Below are positions 12,580-25,500 of a stretch of 63,564 nt of DNA, piece after piece (the first letter of the stretch is position 1; every line of letters starts with the position of its first letter). Under the pieces are notes generated by a model. It saw only the letters and a list, made by a program, of their open reading frames with translations, ran no database searches and had not been told where the DNA came from. Source of the stretch: Lama glama (Eukaryota); NCBI GenBank assembly GCA_028534125.1, contig CM052816.1, positions 7,318,001-7,381,564 of the forward strand, read 5' to 3'. The translations under genes were made by a program, and so were the position numbers.

Positions 12580-14590
12580 AGATTGGAAAAAGAAAAGTAC
12601 AATTACCTCTAATTGCAATATGCCTGTCTACAGAGAAAATTTCAAGAATTTCAACCAGAAACTCATTGAACTACTGAGTGCAGAAATGTCATAAGATACA
12701 AGACTAACACTCAAAAATCAATTTCATCTCTATATACTACCAATGAACATGTGGAAACCAAAATAAAAAACACATTACCACTTATAATTTCTCCAAAGAA
12801 AATTAAATACTTAGGTATAAATCTAACAAAACATTTACAAGATCTGATAAGCAGTTAAAATAAAAAATAACACCACCATCAAATGCGGACAGGAATGCAA
12901 AGAAACTGCGTAATTTACACATTCTTGACGGAAATGTAAAATGGTACAGCCATCCTGGAAAACAGTTTGGAAATTCCTTTTAAAACTAAAAATGAACTTG
13001 CCATGTAACCCAGAAATTGCACTCCTGGACATTAATCCCAGAGAAATAAAAACTTATTTTCATGCAGAAACCTGTACATGAATATCCACAGCAGCTTTAT
13101 TTGCACTAGCCAGACCTGGAAGCTATGCAAATTTCCTTCAGCAGGTGAATGGATAAGCAAACTGTGACATATCCACACCATGGAATACTACTCAGCAATG
13201 AGAAGGAACAAACAAATTACACATGCAACAACTTGGATGAACCTCAAGGAAATTATACTGAGTGAAAGAAGCCAAACTACACAAGGCTATATAGTGCATA
13301 ATTTCACTTATAGAACAATTGTGAAGTAACATAATGATAGAGATAGAGAATAAACAGATTAGTGCTTGCCAGGGGATACGATTGGGGTCAGGGGTAGTAC
13401 AGGGCATAGGTGTGTCTATAAAGGGGTTGCATGAAGGAGTCCTGTGGTGCTGGTACAGTTAAGCATCTTGATTATGGTGGTGGAAGCCACACATGATAAA
13501 CCTGCTTAGAGCTGCACATAAAAACACACATACGAAGTGCACATAACTGGAGAAACATGAATGAGCACTACGGATTGTGCCAATGTCAGTTTCCTGGCTC
13601 TATAATGTACCATAGTTATGCAAGCCATCAACACTGGGGGAGACCAGGTGAAGGGTGCACTGATCCTCCCTAGACATTTCTTCGCACCTCCCTGTAAATC
13701 TATAATTACTTCAAAATAAAAAGCTTAAATTTTTAAAGACCAAATTTTAAAGAGGAAAATTATTTGAACAAATACTTCACTAAAGAAGATAGACCAATGG
13801 CAAATAAGCCCAGGAACAGATACAGAACATCACTAGTCATTAGGCAATGCAAATTAAAATCACAATGAGGTACCACTACACATCCATTAAGATGGGTAAA
13901 ACTGCAAAGACCACAGTATCAAGTGTTGGTGAGGGTGTGGAGCAAATGGAACTTTTATAAACTGTTGGTAAGAATCCTAAATGGTACAGCCACTTTAGAA
14001 AACAAATGTCCAGTATCCTATAAAGTTAGTATACATTTAATCATACAACCTCACAATTCTGCTCCAAGGTATTTGCCAAAGAGTAGTAAGTACATATGTC
14101 TACACAAAGGTTTGTACATGAATATTTACAGAAGCTATATTCATAATACCAAAGACTGGAAAGCATCCAACAACTAGTGAATGAGTAAACAAATTATGGT
14201 TCAGCCATACAATGGAATATTATTCTGCAATAAAAAGAAACAAACTCCTGATACATGTCACAAAATGGATGAGTATTAAAAGCATTATGTAAAGTGAAAG
14301 AAGCCAGAAAGGACCATACTTAATGTTCCATTTATATGACGTTCTAGAAAAGGCAGAACTAGAGATAGAAAAATCAGATCAGCTGTTTCCAAGGGCCGAG
14401 TGGTGTGGGGATGGGACTGACTGCAGAGGGGCACAGGGGACCTTTTGGGAGTAAAGGAAACATTTCATATCTTGATTGGAAATGGTGGTCAGATGACTTG
14501 CATGCATTTGCCGAAACTCATCAAATTGTGCATCTAGAAACAGGTGACTTTCAGCATATGTAAAATATACCCCAATTTTTTTCAAAAAGA
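12580..14590 (+). mobile_element. Cluster of old L1M (MB/MC-like) fragments
   Basis: ORF2-like ttaggtataaatctaacaaaa plus two separate 3' ends, each with atggaata(c/t)ta(c/t)tc...tgaaagaagcca. Confidence 0.85.
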
Positions 14591-15497
14591 GGTCAAGACC
14601 AATGGCCAAGGGTCTAAAAAAGGGCATCAGTGGAAGACACACAGTTTCTTGGCCCACATCTACAGTGGGCTGGGTCTGAGGAAGCCAACCTACCTAGCAA
14701 AGAGCCCTAGATTTAGGGTCCAAATTCAATTCACTGTCACTCAGCTTCTGCCTGTGCAAGTGCAGTGGGCCTAACTTGAGGGCCTTGGCTACCAGGAAGG
14801 AGAGGCTATGGCCACAGGTATGGACAGGAGCAGGAATAAAAACGCCAAGAGGTGAACAGTTAAGAAGGGTTGAATGCTCTGCCTAAAGCAAGGGAGCAAG
14901 ACAAGATTGGAATGAATGAACGTATCATCAAAGAGAGCAAGTAAAGCTGCTTCTCTCCAAATCCTGGTTTTCTTTAATTCAGCTATTATTTCATAAAATG
15001 CCTCATAAACCCTTCATGCCAGGTGCTTTATAACTGTCTCTCTAACCCTCTCAACAGTCCCTGAGGGTGGCCCTCCCTCCTGAGGCTGTAACAAGTGCCT
15101 AGGAAAGCACTTGGGTTCTGCAATCACAAGGCTTGCATGTGTATCCCAACTCTGTCCCTTGCTGGTTGGTGTCCTGGAACAGTCATTGACTCCCTTTGAC
15201 ATCCCCCCTCTTCCCAGTTTCAGGTTCCAGTAATAACACTGATCACTGAAAAAGTCGTATTACTTTCCCGACCTTCCTCTCTCAGTAAATTGTTATGCTT
15301 CACCTGTGTTTCTTGAGGGCTCAGCTTTTAGACAAGCCTAATCTAGTAGCCAACAGAGATAAGTTTTCATATCATCTCGGGGACAGCTCAGGCGGCCTCG
15401 TTTTTCCTTCTACATGTGATAAAAAGGGAAGGGGAGTCATCTCTTGCACTGTCCTGAAATCAGTCTCCCCACTTCAAGAAAGTTGGGTGTTACCTGT

Positions 15498-15923
15498 TCT
15501 ATCAGTCAGGGTTCTTCAGAGAAACAGAACCAGTAAGATGGAGATATTCGTGCATACATACACGGGGAGGACAGGGGAGAGGTTGCAAGGACTTATGTGG
15601 TGCGGTGGGGACTGACCAGTTCAGAATGTATAAGGCCGGCTGGCAGCTGGAAACGCTCAGGCAGAAGCTGATGCTACACTCTTGAGGCAGAATTTCTTCT
15701 TCTTCAGTGAAACCTGCGTTATGCTCTTAAGGCCCTTCAGCTGAGTGGATGAAGTCCACCCGCATTTTGAGCACTTTCTTTTTATTTAAAGGCAACTGAC
15801 TGTAAACATTAACCACATCTACAAAGTGCCTTCACGGCAACACCTCAGTTAACGTTGGACTGAATAACTGGGTTGCTCAGTACAATCGCCCAGCCACACT
15901 GACCCTTAAAACTAACCATCACA
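15498..15923 (-). mobile_element. Solo LTR of ERVL family MLT2
   Basis: Ends tctatcagtcagggttcttcagagaaacagaacc and aactaaccatcaca match MLT2 termini as I recall them; exact 5-bp TSD CCTGT at 15493-15497 and 15924-15928. Confidence 0.88.
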
Positions 15924-16214
15924 CCTGTCCTGTGAGGTCAGGCAATACCCACAGAGGGGGCTGAGGATTCCTACTCAAGTTTTCAAGAGAAGCAGGAACA
16001 GACTTCAGAAGGGCAGGATTCTCTAACATAAAAATAACTACCTGGCTCCCTTCTTGGGGACTCTCAGTTCCACGGATAGTTCTACTGTTTGCGCTATTCT
16101 CCTGGATGAGCTCTGGGACATAAACTTGAAACATTTTGACCTAAAATCTAATAAAGAGATTGGAGTGACATTAAAAAAAAAAGTAAAAACAAAGACACAG
16201 ACTTCAACCTCTCG

Positions 16215-19200
16215 AAAATAAAAAATAAAATTCATTTATTAAGGAAAAATTTAACACATGATCCGTGTGCAGAATCCCAAACAAGATCTTCTACAAGCTC
16301 CTGCAAAGCCCACATCTCTGTACGTACCATGTGGGAAACACACATCCATGGAGACACAGAGCATACACAGGACTGTCCAGTTATCAAGACCTGCTGGACA
16401 GGAGTTTTTCATATTCCTCTTATTCACACATCCACTGACATGTTTTACAATAGTCACATAATTTTACCGTTCAGTAAGACAAAATAGCTTCCACAGCATT
16501 ACTTTGACTGAAACAAAAGAACACGGCTTACAATAGGTACCCTCCACCTCACTCCCCCACCGTGATTCTGGCAACCGCATATCAGCACCATTTACGTCCC
16601 CTGGCCAGGAAAGGACACAGCGTCCCAAAGGATAGAGAAGAAATGCCACAGGCTGATATCAGAGAAAACAGCCTTGCAACCAGCAGAACCAATTGCCTAA
16701 AAGTATTGACCGTTATTTCAAAGACAAACCATACCCTCTCCTTTTCCCTGAATGGTCTCAGAGATGTGTGATGTCCTTTGGAAACATTACCTCTAAGGCA
16801 GACTTGGAGCCGACTCTGAATCACCAAGTCGTGCCACCTGCACTTTGTGTCTCGTTTGTGAAAAAGCAGCTTGCGTTCTGACCGGGGCCGAGCTAGGGCT
16901 CCCCCCTAACATCCAATCAGCCACGAGATACAGCCCGCTGACACAGATCCCCTTGGGGTGAGTGGTCAACAGAGGGAGCTGTAAACAGACATAAACTGAG
17001 ACTGTCCACTTTCAAAAAACATGAGGTAAACATGTAGTGTTAAATAGAGAGGATATACTATATTTCAGGAGGGAGAGATTTAAGAAGAGAAAAGCAAGAC
17101 AGGAGCACAGGGAGGGAGAAAAGATTTTCCTAATGTACCTGTGTGGGATCATCACTTTAATACAGCTGATAAAACTGCAAATTTTACCTTTCACAGGGTT
17201 AGAGAGGGAATGGTGAGCATCAGCCAGTGAATTTGGCTGGAGAGGTGAGCGATGGAGGAGGCGGGTGTAAGTGGCAGGTTCTAGGTGAAGACACGCTACA
17301 CGGTCACATATCTCTAGCCAGGCTCTGTGTAGATGAAGGGCTCCTAGCAGCTGGATAGCAGCACAATATAAATATAAATAATGCCACTTGTGAAACGTAC
17401 AACTTTTAGGCGAATGAAACAGAAGATGCCAGGTCATGCTGTGGCCAGCAAGTACCTGCATTTAAGGAGAGGTATATCACCTATAGGGAGTTGGAAACCT
17501 GGTCCCAATAGTGGTATTTGCAGGAGAGAACACGGGGCTCTGAGAAGCCATCTCCAGGCTGATGGGAATCTGGGGTTGCCCTGGGGAGCCTGGAGATGGA
17601 CACAGAGCCGAACAGTACTGGGCCAGAAAACCCCTCGGTTGGTCTTTGGTCTGGGAGATGTGGCCTCACACTCCTGAAAGGCCTTCTGCTGCTCCCTGAT
17701 CAGTCATCTGAATACGCTGGGGCTTCTTCACCAGGGATCAGAGCAGGGCCCAGGGAGAGGTGGGGTAGCTGGTCCCTAACAAGCACTGGAAAGAAACCAG
17801 GGAGGGCTCCCTGGCTGAGAAGCCCATGAATAGCAGAGGAGTAAGGGTTGACCCTTTACTTGACACCTAATCACTGTGCAACCACACTAGCAGGAAGTTC
17901 CCCATGGGGTCCCCCTTGCCTGGGTCTCCTGAAGACAGGTGATCCGGCTATTAAAGCAGCAAAAGCACAGAAAAGCGATCAAACAGGGTGAAGCCCAGGC
18001 CAAACTGTCTTCCCGAAGTGCCAGAGCTAGAGCTGTCTCTCCTACACACGATGGTCCCTGGGCAGAGGCCCTGAAGCAACAGACCTGGAGCTGGATGACC
18101 TCAACACTATGCTGTCCAGTCCTCAGTTCCCAGCATCACAGTCCCGATCTCACGACCCGCCTGGACCGGGCTGCCTCAAACAGCTCCCTGAGTGCACAGA
18201 AGCTCCACTGAGGATGCTGTGGGCAGGACACATGTCTGACTCCCTTCTGCTGGCCCACACCTTCTCACTGAAAACAACCCTGCTGACCACTGTGGAGAGA
18301 CAACTGGAGCCCGGGCTCGCAAACAGGAGATGACAGTTCTTGAACCCACTTCAGTAACTTCTAAGCCTGAGGCTTCAAAGGGCAAGGCCACTGCAACCTC
18401 CAGTTAGAGCCCTGGTCATGTAAGCACCCGGTAGTGACCACCAAAGAGCGGAGAGCGTGGATGAAAAGTACCATTTTCCTAAGGGAAACCAAGCCACCAA
18501 TGATTGCATCTTTTGAAGTTAATAAATTATTAGATAGCTCAGGAGTCACTGCTATGAGAAAGTCTGGCTTTGGAACAGAAGAAAAAGAAAAAGCAGGGGC
18601 CACAGGAGTGGGTCACAGCCCTTAGGAGTTTTGGTGAAACACAAAAACAGAACCCGATAAAGTTGCGCTGCTCTCCCAGACTTTCAGGTACGTGAGAGCC
18701 TGGTGGCAGGGCTGGAGGACAGCAGGACTCTGTTACATGTGCATGAACACCTACACACACAGACACATAAACCGCTCAAGAGACGGAGAATTAGTGAACG
18801 CTCTTCTGCAATCCTTCTCACACCGCGAAGGGAGGAAAGGCAGCCCAAACCAAGGCAATGCACCTTCCTCTGCCTTCTCCGCAGTTTGTTCCCAAACCTG
18901 AAGGCTGACCTTGAGGTGACTCAGCCCTGAGGCTATTTCTTTTCTGATACCCAGGGAGGCAAGCGGGGGTGGGGGGGGCAAGCGGGAAGGGAAGAATAAG
19001 GGCACCATTAGTGTTCAGAACACAGGAGACCGAAGTCCCACCCAACCAAGTGGTTCCTTTAGAAATCCAGGTCCTGGAGGCAGCCGGAGGCGGGGCACTG
19101 TTTCCACCCCACCCTCCAGGAATTGTAAACAACCGAGCACCACTCTTAGTGTTGGATGCACACTGGCCTTATCTTCTCCACGGCAGGAGTCTGGCGGTCT

Positions 19201-20334
19201 TCCCAGCATGAGGGCAACTGGATGCAGCCATCCTGTTTGTGTGTCAAGGGCTGAGGCAGGGAAAACAGGCCTGAACGCACAAAGTAACCATTTCATAAGT
19301 CTCCTGTGGGGAGAAACACACCCAATGTGGCCATCCTTCCCCTCAGCTTCGTGTGTCGGCATCTCCTGTGTCCCTCGTGCTTTCCCAGGAGGAAACCAGG
19401 CTGGTCTGTGGGGAGGCAGAGTTCGTGGCTCCCCACGGAGGTCCACACATTGGTGATCCCGATTAAAACCCCTGGGGTACTCGGCAGAGGGTGCTGAAGG
19501 CCTAAGCAGACGTCTCCTGGAGGAAGGTCTTCTCAGCAGGAAAAGCTAAGGAAGGGTTTACTGAGAAAGGAACAATTCACAGTAACCCCAGATCTCGAGA
19601 CAGAGTCTAAAAACAGAAGCTAATTTTAAATAAGATGTAAATATTTTCCATTTTGGCAGCACACGGTGTCTTCCAGGAGCTAGAGCGACTAAGAAAACAG
19701 TATTGTGACCCACATGAGGAATTTGGAGAAAAGAAGGTATTGTCCAGGGTCACAACAAGCCAGAGAGAACAAAGGCTAAAAACTCCAGCTTTGGGGGCTG
19801 GTTTTAAACTACTAAGTAGGCTCCATTACTAGGTGGAGACTTGAATCAGTAGGAGAATACTGAGGTAAAATATTTGGGAGAGAGATAAGAGATAGGCCCG
19901 GCTTTGTAAAGAGGGGTATTCCCTCTTACTTCACCTAGGCCTGGCCCAGGAAAGGGGAAAACATGAAGTTGGAGACATGAAAAATTGTAAATAAAGTGAG
20001 CTGTGCAACAGGAATAAATTGGCTGAGGGGTTAGGAGAGAGGCAGGTAGTAAGGGAGGAGGCACAATCAGGGAAAAGAGTTGAAAAGTTCTGGGTTAAAA
20101 TAAGTACAAATAAACAGTAATGGCACTGCCACAAGAGGTACCTCGGAGCTGCTGTCCACCCTTTCAGCTGCCCTCAACCCTACATGGCCCAGGGTACCCT
20201 GGTGCCAGGTAGAGGGGTTCCCGCATGGCAGCCTGGCCTTTCCCCAGAGCCTGGACCCTACCTGAGGCTCTGGGGCCAGGTGCTGGGGAACATACAGGGT
20301 GCCGTGGGATGATGCAGGGAATGCACCGAGCCCG
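16215..20334 (-). other. SLC36A1: SLC36A1 3'UTR (~4.1 kb; cleavage site approximate)
   Basis: Largely repeat-free stretch between the stop codon and the poly(A) signal at 16240-16235. Confidence 0.75.
16235..16240 (-). terminator. SLC36A1 polyadenylation signal AATAAA
   Basis: tttatt on +; downstream on the - strand is U/GU-rich (ttttattttttatttt...gtctgtgtctttgtttttacttttt). Confidence 0.8.
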
Positions 20335-20661
<327 letters not shown>

Positions 20662-22038
20662 TCACCGTTTCGCAAATTTAGCCAGTGTCCTTCTTACAGA
20701 ATGCAGGGCTCCAAGGAAGCTTAGACATCATCCAGTCCAATCTCTCATTCCGCAGATGAGAAAATAGATGTTTGGAGTTGTGGCATGACCCAGGTCTCAT
20801 TGCAAGGACTGGGACTGGAACCTACATTTCCCAACTTTTCCCACTACAGTACTTGACTTCCATCTTCCTGAGGAAAAGGAATAAAATACATTCCAGGGCA
20901 GTCTGGTCCTACCAACGAAGAGTGAGTGTGGAGCAGAAAAGCAGGCAGACCTTTTCTGAGCGATGGCTCATCTTCTTACAGCTAAGGGTACCTCCAACAC
21001 AAACCTCTCTGATTTGACTAGCAATAAATGAAATAGGGAAGGAAACCCCTCCTTCCTCTGGAATGATCTCACATAAATCCCACTGCAAGGAGCGTTTTCA
21101 TACAAGGAAAGAAGAAGCAGGTCTGTGTGCAGGCTGACCTCGATGACCATGTCCCTGTGCAGGACAAGCTGGTGGCTCCCACCTGAAACTCAGCCCCGGG
21201 TGTATGTGAGGAAGATGGCACTGATGATAAACATGAATGGCAGCTTCGTGAGGAAATGCCAGTGGCTTCCACAGCACACCAACGCCTGCACCACTGTCCA
21301 GCTGGCCAGACGGTGCTGTTTAAAACCAAGAGGAGGAGGCTCCACTGATCACACTTATTCTAGTGCCCCCTGCTCCCACCTAACTCAGCTCTCCACTGAG
21401 GGGTGAAGGCCAATGTTTCACAACTTTATTGAGGATATTGGGCTCTGGAATTAAGCACTTGTGTTTGATCCCAGGCTTTGCCTTCAGTGATACACGGCTG
21501 CTATCCCAGTTTTCCTGTTGGCAAAATGGGAATACTAAAAGCCCCTATGTCACAGAGATGTCATGATGGTCAAAGGAGGTTAGAAAGGCACTCAACAAAA
21601 GGCCTGGTGTACAAGAGGCACAGGATACAGTTAACACTGTCATCACCAGAGCACATTGTGTCGCTCGTGGAAAGTGCATCATTAGTTCATTAGTAAGCAA
21701 ATGCATTTTGATGAATTGTCTTCTCCACTGCCGGGCTCCACCTGGATATCCTGAGCACTGACACAGTGATCCAGGGCACATCTATTACCTTGCTGATCCC
21801 ACGAGAGACTTACCCCTGGACACAAGGGTTTCTGTTCTGACGTCATTTCATAAAGCAAAAATGTAGGCAAACTGCTCTGAGGAAGGCGCCACACTGGGGA
21901 GCGGCCAGAACATCTTAATCCAATGTAGCTGATTTTATCCTTCAGACAGACTGTCTAAATTGATCGCTGCTTCTTTGGCTGAGCACCAGACGCAAGAAGC
22001 GGGTTGCATTTAGAGGCCGGGATTTAAGAGAGATACTC

Positions 22039-22225
22039 TTTTTTAAAATTTTTTAATTTTAATTTTTTCCTCTTTAATATATTTTCATTGAAGTAAACAA
22101 ACTTATGGTTGCCAGAGGGGGAAGAGGGTGGGAAGGCATAAACTGCGAGTTCGAAATTTGTAGATACTAACCAATACATATAAAATAGATAAACAAGAAA
22201 TTTATACTGTGTAGCACAGAGGAAC
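22039..22225 (-). mobile_element. Short L1 3'-end insertion with an internal inversion
   Basis: T-rich tail plus ttcattgaagta (antisense L1 terminus) abutting a sense L1 3'UTR segment homologous to ~8968-9092. Confidence 0.7.
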
Positions 22226-22322
22226 AATTTAAACTGGAATACCACTCCCTGCAGTAACAAGGAAGCATGTGGGAACCAGGGTTCAGCGGAGTCCTGTCAC
22301 CTGTCTCACACTTAGTCTGCAG

Positions 22323-22505
22323 CTGTGTTGTCTGATAAGACCGCAGTCACCAGCTATTCAAGTTTAAATGAATTCAGTTCCCCATTCACACTGGCCATAC
22401 TGCAAAGATTCAACAGCCTGTGCCTAGTGGCTACTGTCCTGGACAGCACAGATCCAGAACACTTCCATCATGGCAGGATACCTACTGTCTAGTGGACAGC
22501 ACTGG
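22323..22505. mobile_element. MER3-like hAT element
   Basis: ctagtggctactgtcctggacagcacagatccagaacacttccatcat...ggacagcactg. Confidence 0.7.
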
Positions 22506-25500
22506 GAAGTGTCCACTCACTGGGCTGAATTTGCCTCAGCTCCATGGAGACATAATTCCACAACATTATTGTCATCCCCATGGAAAGAGAGGTCTGAAGA
22601 GGTTAAAGGACAGAAAGTGACAGAGCTGGGACTAGAATCCAGGACCTCCAGCCCCTGGTACAGTCACATCAGAAACCTGATGAGGAAGAAAATACAGAAT
22701 TATATGCACAGAGGAAGGAGGACAGGGCATCTGGCTGATGAGCAGAAAGATTCTGTCTGTGAAGAACTAGGGGAGGCAGGTATCAGGTTAGCTTTCCCAG
22801 GGCTGCACCACAATCGTTTGGTAGAGAATCGGGTATACAGTCAGCCCTGACCCTTCTCTGCTTTGTAAAGGACACCAGACAAGGGTTATGAAGCCTGATA
22901 ACAAAAGGGGATACAGAAAAAAAATGAGTCTCAGATCTGCCTTTGTCGTCCAGGGTGTTACAGCCCGGGGGCAGTCCTTCCTCTTTCTTTCTCCTAGTAT
23001 TCAACCATCATGGCAACAACAACCTGACTGCTGAGAAGCCTTCAGAAAGTCTACAAAAAGTATATGCTTTTAACTTGCTCTGCAAGTTAAAAATAGTCTG
23101 TTTCAGCCTTTAGCTATTTCTAAATAAAGAGTTGGTGATATCTGTTAAACCTTCAGTGTCGAATCTGGGGAAAAGCTGTGTTTCTAGGCTGATGACAAAA
23201 TGGTGTTCTCATCATAGATAACCTAACACTCAATAAGAGATGATCTGCTGTGTGGCTTGGAATAAGACACTTGCCCTCTCTGGGGTCTGGGTCTCTCTTT
23301 GCATAATGCTTAACCACATATTGCTGGCTTGTAGATGTTCTGATTTGAATGAGTAGTGGGGTGGAAACAGAGAGGTAGCCATCAGACCAGCCGACCCACA
23401 TCCAGGAGAGGCTGGTACAGGAATGTGATTAAACATACAGGCTCTGGACTCAGAACCTAGAACTCAATCCCAGCTCCACCAGTGACCAGTCAGTTACTTA
23501 ACCTCTTTAAGACTCATATCCCCTACTGCTACAAAGGGGATGGTCAAATGGGATCATTGACGTAAAGAACTTGGAGTCCTATGCACATAACAAATGTTTC
23601 ATAAATATTAACAAACAGAATCACCCGTCTCTGCTCAGTAATAGGCTGAGTGTGATCCGAGGGGAAAAATGATGATCCCATGATGAGCCTCAGTTCATTC
23701 ACCCATGTCGTTAAGGTGACTGTATTATACTGGACAACCGGTCAAGTCAGACTCAACTGTGCAATCTTAAGGAACAACACAATGCAGATTCAGTCACTTA
23801 AGAATATGTCCCTCAGCTCACTGCCAACTGGGAAGCACCGTGTGCTGTTCCAGAGGGGCACAGCAGTGGGATGGGATTCTACTCTTAGAAAATGTGGTTG
23901 GGCCAAAAACATAGCTTCTCGTCCACCTGGTTTTGTATCGTTAAAGGGAATGTGAGTTATTCCTCCTGGTCCGTAGGATGCTTCAGTTCACTCAGGAGAA
24001 TGGAGGCCTTTATCAGACAATGAGCCCCAGGAGGAGGCCTGCCCTGTTCTCTCCTCTCCCTCTCTCACATTGGCCTGGAGGACAGATGGGCACTGCACGA
24101 TAAGAGTTCAGTGAAGTCACATGTATCTCCACTCCGATAAGAATTAAGTGAAAACAGAAACAGAAGCTGATGTGATCAGAATCTTTTCTCAGATTGGAGG
24201 AGATGTTCCATTTCACCATGGCATTTCAAGAGCAATCTAAAAACTTGTACTTTCTTTTTCTCTAACAGACATACAAGATAAGTATGCTTAACACAAATGT
24301 CCTTAATAGATATATTTTTTAAGGGGCAAAACTTTTCTCTTAAAGCCAGGACCACAGGGCTGCAAAGGGAGGACCCTCTTCCTGTCCTAGCTGGACCGGA
24401 TACACAGCTGAACCCTAAACTCTGACATTGGAGAAAGATAATGGGGGCAGAAGGCAGGAAGAGTGAGCCTCCCGCTAATACACTAGGGGAAGAGGAAGAG
24501 AAAGGGACCCAAACCAAGGGCTCAATAGCCAAGATGTCTGCTTGCCACCAGGCAAAATGGGGCAAACTAGTTTTAATAGTTCCAGAGGTGGGACTCGGGT
24601 ACTTAGGAAAGGTATGGGAGCAACTAAAACCTCTTCCAGCACTAAATGTCTTTATTTCATGAGTTAAAGGCCTCTAGAAGAGAAACTCAAGGGGACAGAG
24701 ATCTGAGGAAGCAGCAAACTGGGAACACCCTCTCCCAACTCCCCCACAAAAAAAGCACCTCCCAAAAAAGACAGCAGACTCCCCTCGGGCAGTTCCACAG
24801 CCCTCCACAGCAGCCTAGCTGTGACATGTACAGAAAGGGGGTACTGAGGACAACCAGACCACATGATTAGTCAAGAGGCTCCAATGGTATTACAAAACAT
24901 CTTCCCGTTGGGCTAAGAGACCTGAAAATGTGACCTTTTAACTGCTGAAACAGCACAAGGCCAACGGCCAGTTTCAGAAGTGACCGGGATTCTGGAGTCT
25001 GTGGTTTTAGACCAGCAACAGAAAGAGCTGACTTCTGCACAAGAGAAGAGAAAGCACTTAAGAGAAAACAAGCACACACTGACAGAAATGGCTTGAACAC
25101 TTACATCTCCTGTGTCCAGAAGTGCTTTCTCCTGTTTATTAAGATCAATGCTGGCACAGCCCACCTGTGTGACTCTTAAATGGCTAGAAATCTGCCTTTA
25201 AAATTAATGTCTTGGACAGAACATATAATTTCATTTAATGGGAGTATAAATTTAGAAAAATACAAAAGCCATGCAACCTATATGTCCATCATTAAAGGAG
25301 TAGTTTATCAAATATGATCTCCCAATAAAATGGAATCTCACGTGGTCACAAATATATTTACAAAAGATACGTATATTCATGATGTGATTTTTAAATAAAA
25401 CACAAAGGACAAGGTTACGTGTATACTGTGATTGCAACTATTTGTAAAAAGCATCCATGAGAATTAACACAGAAGATAAAATGCAAAAAAAAAAAATTTA

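Noticed and set aside
23669..23800. Two ATGATGA C-box-like motifs suggesting a C/D snoRNA
   Set aside because: On the strand opposite the host gene, with no suitably placed CTGA D box or terminal stem.
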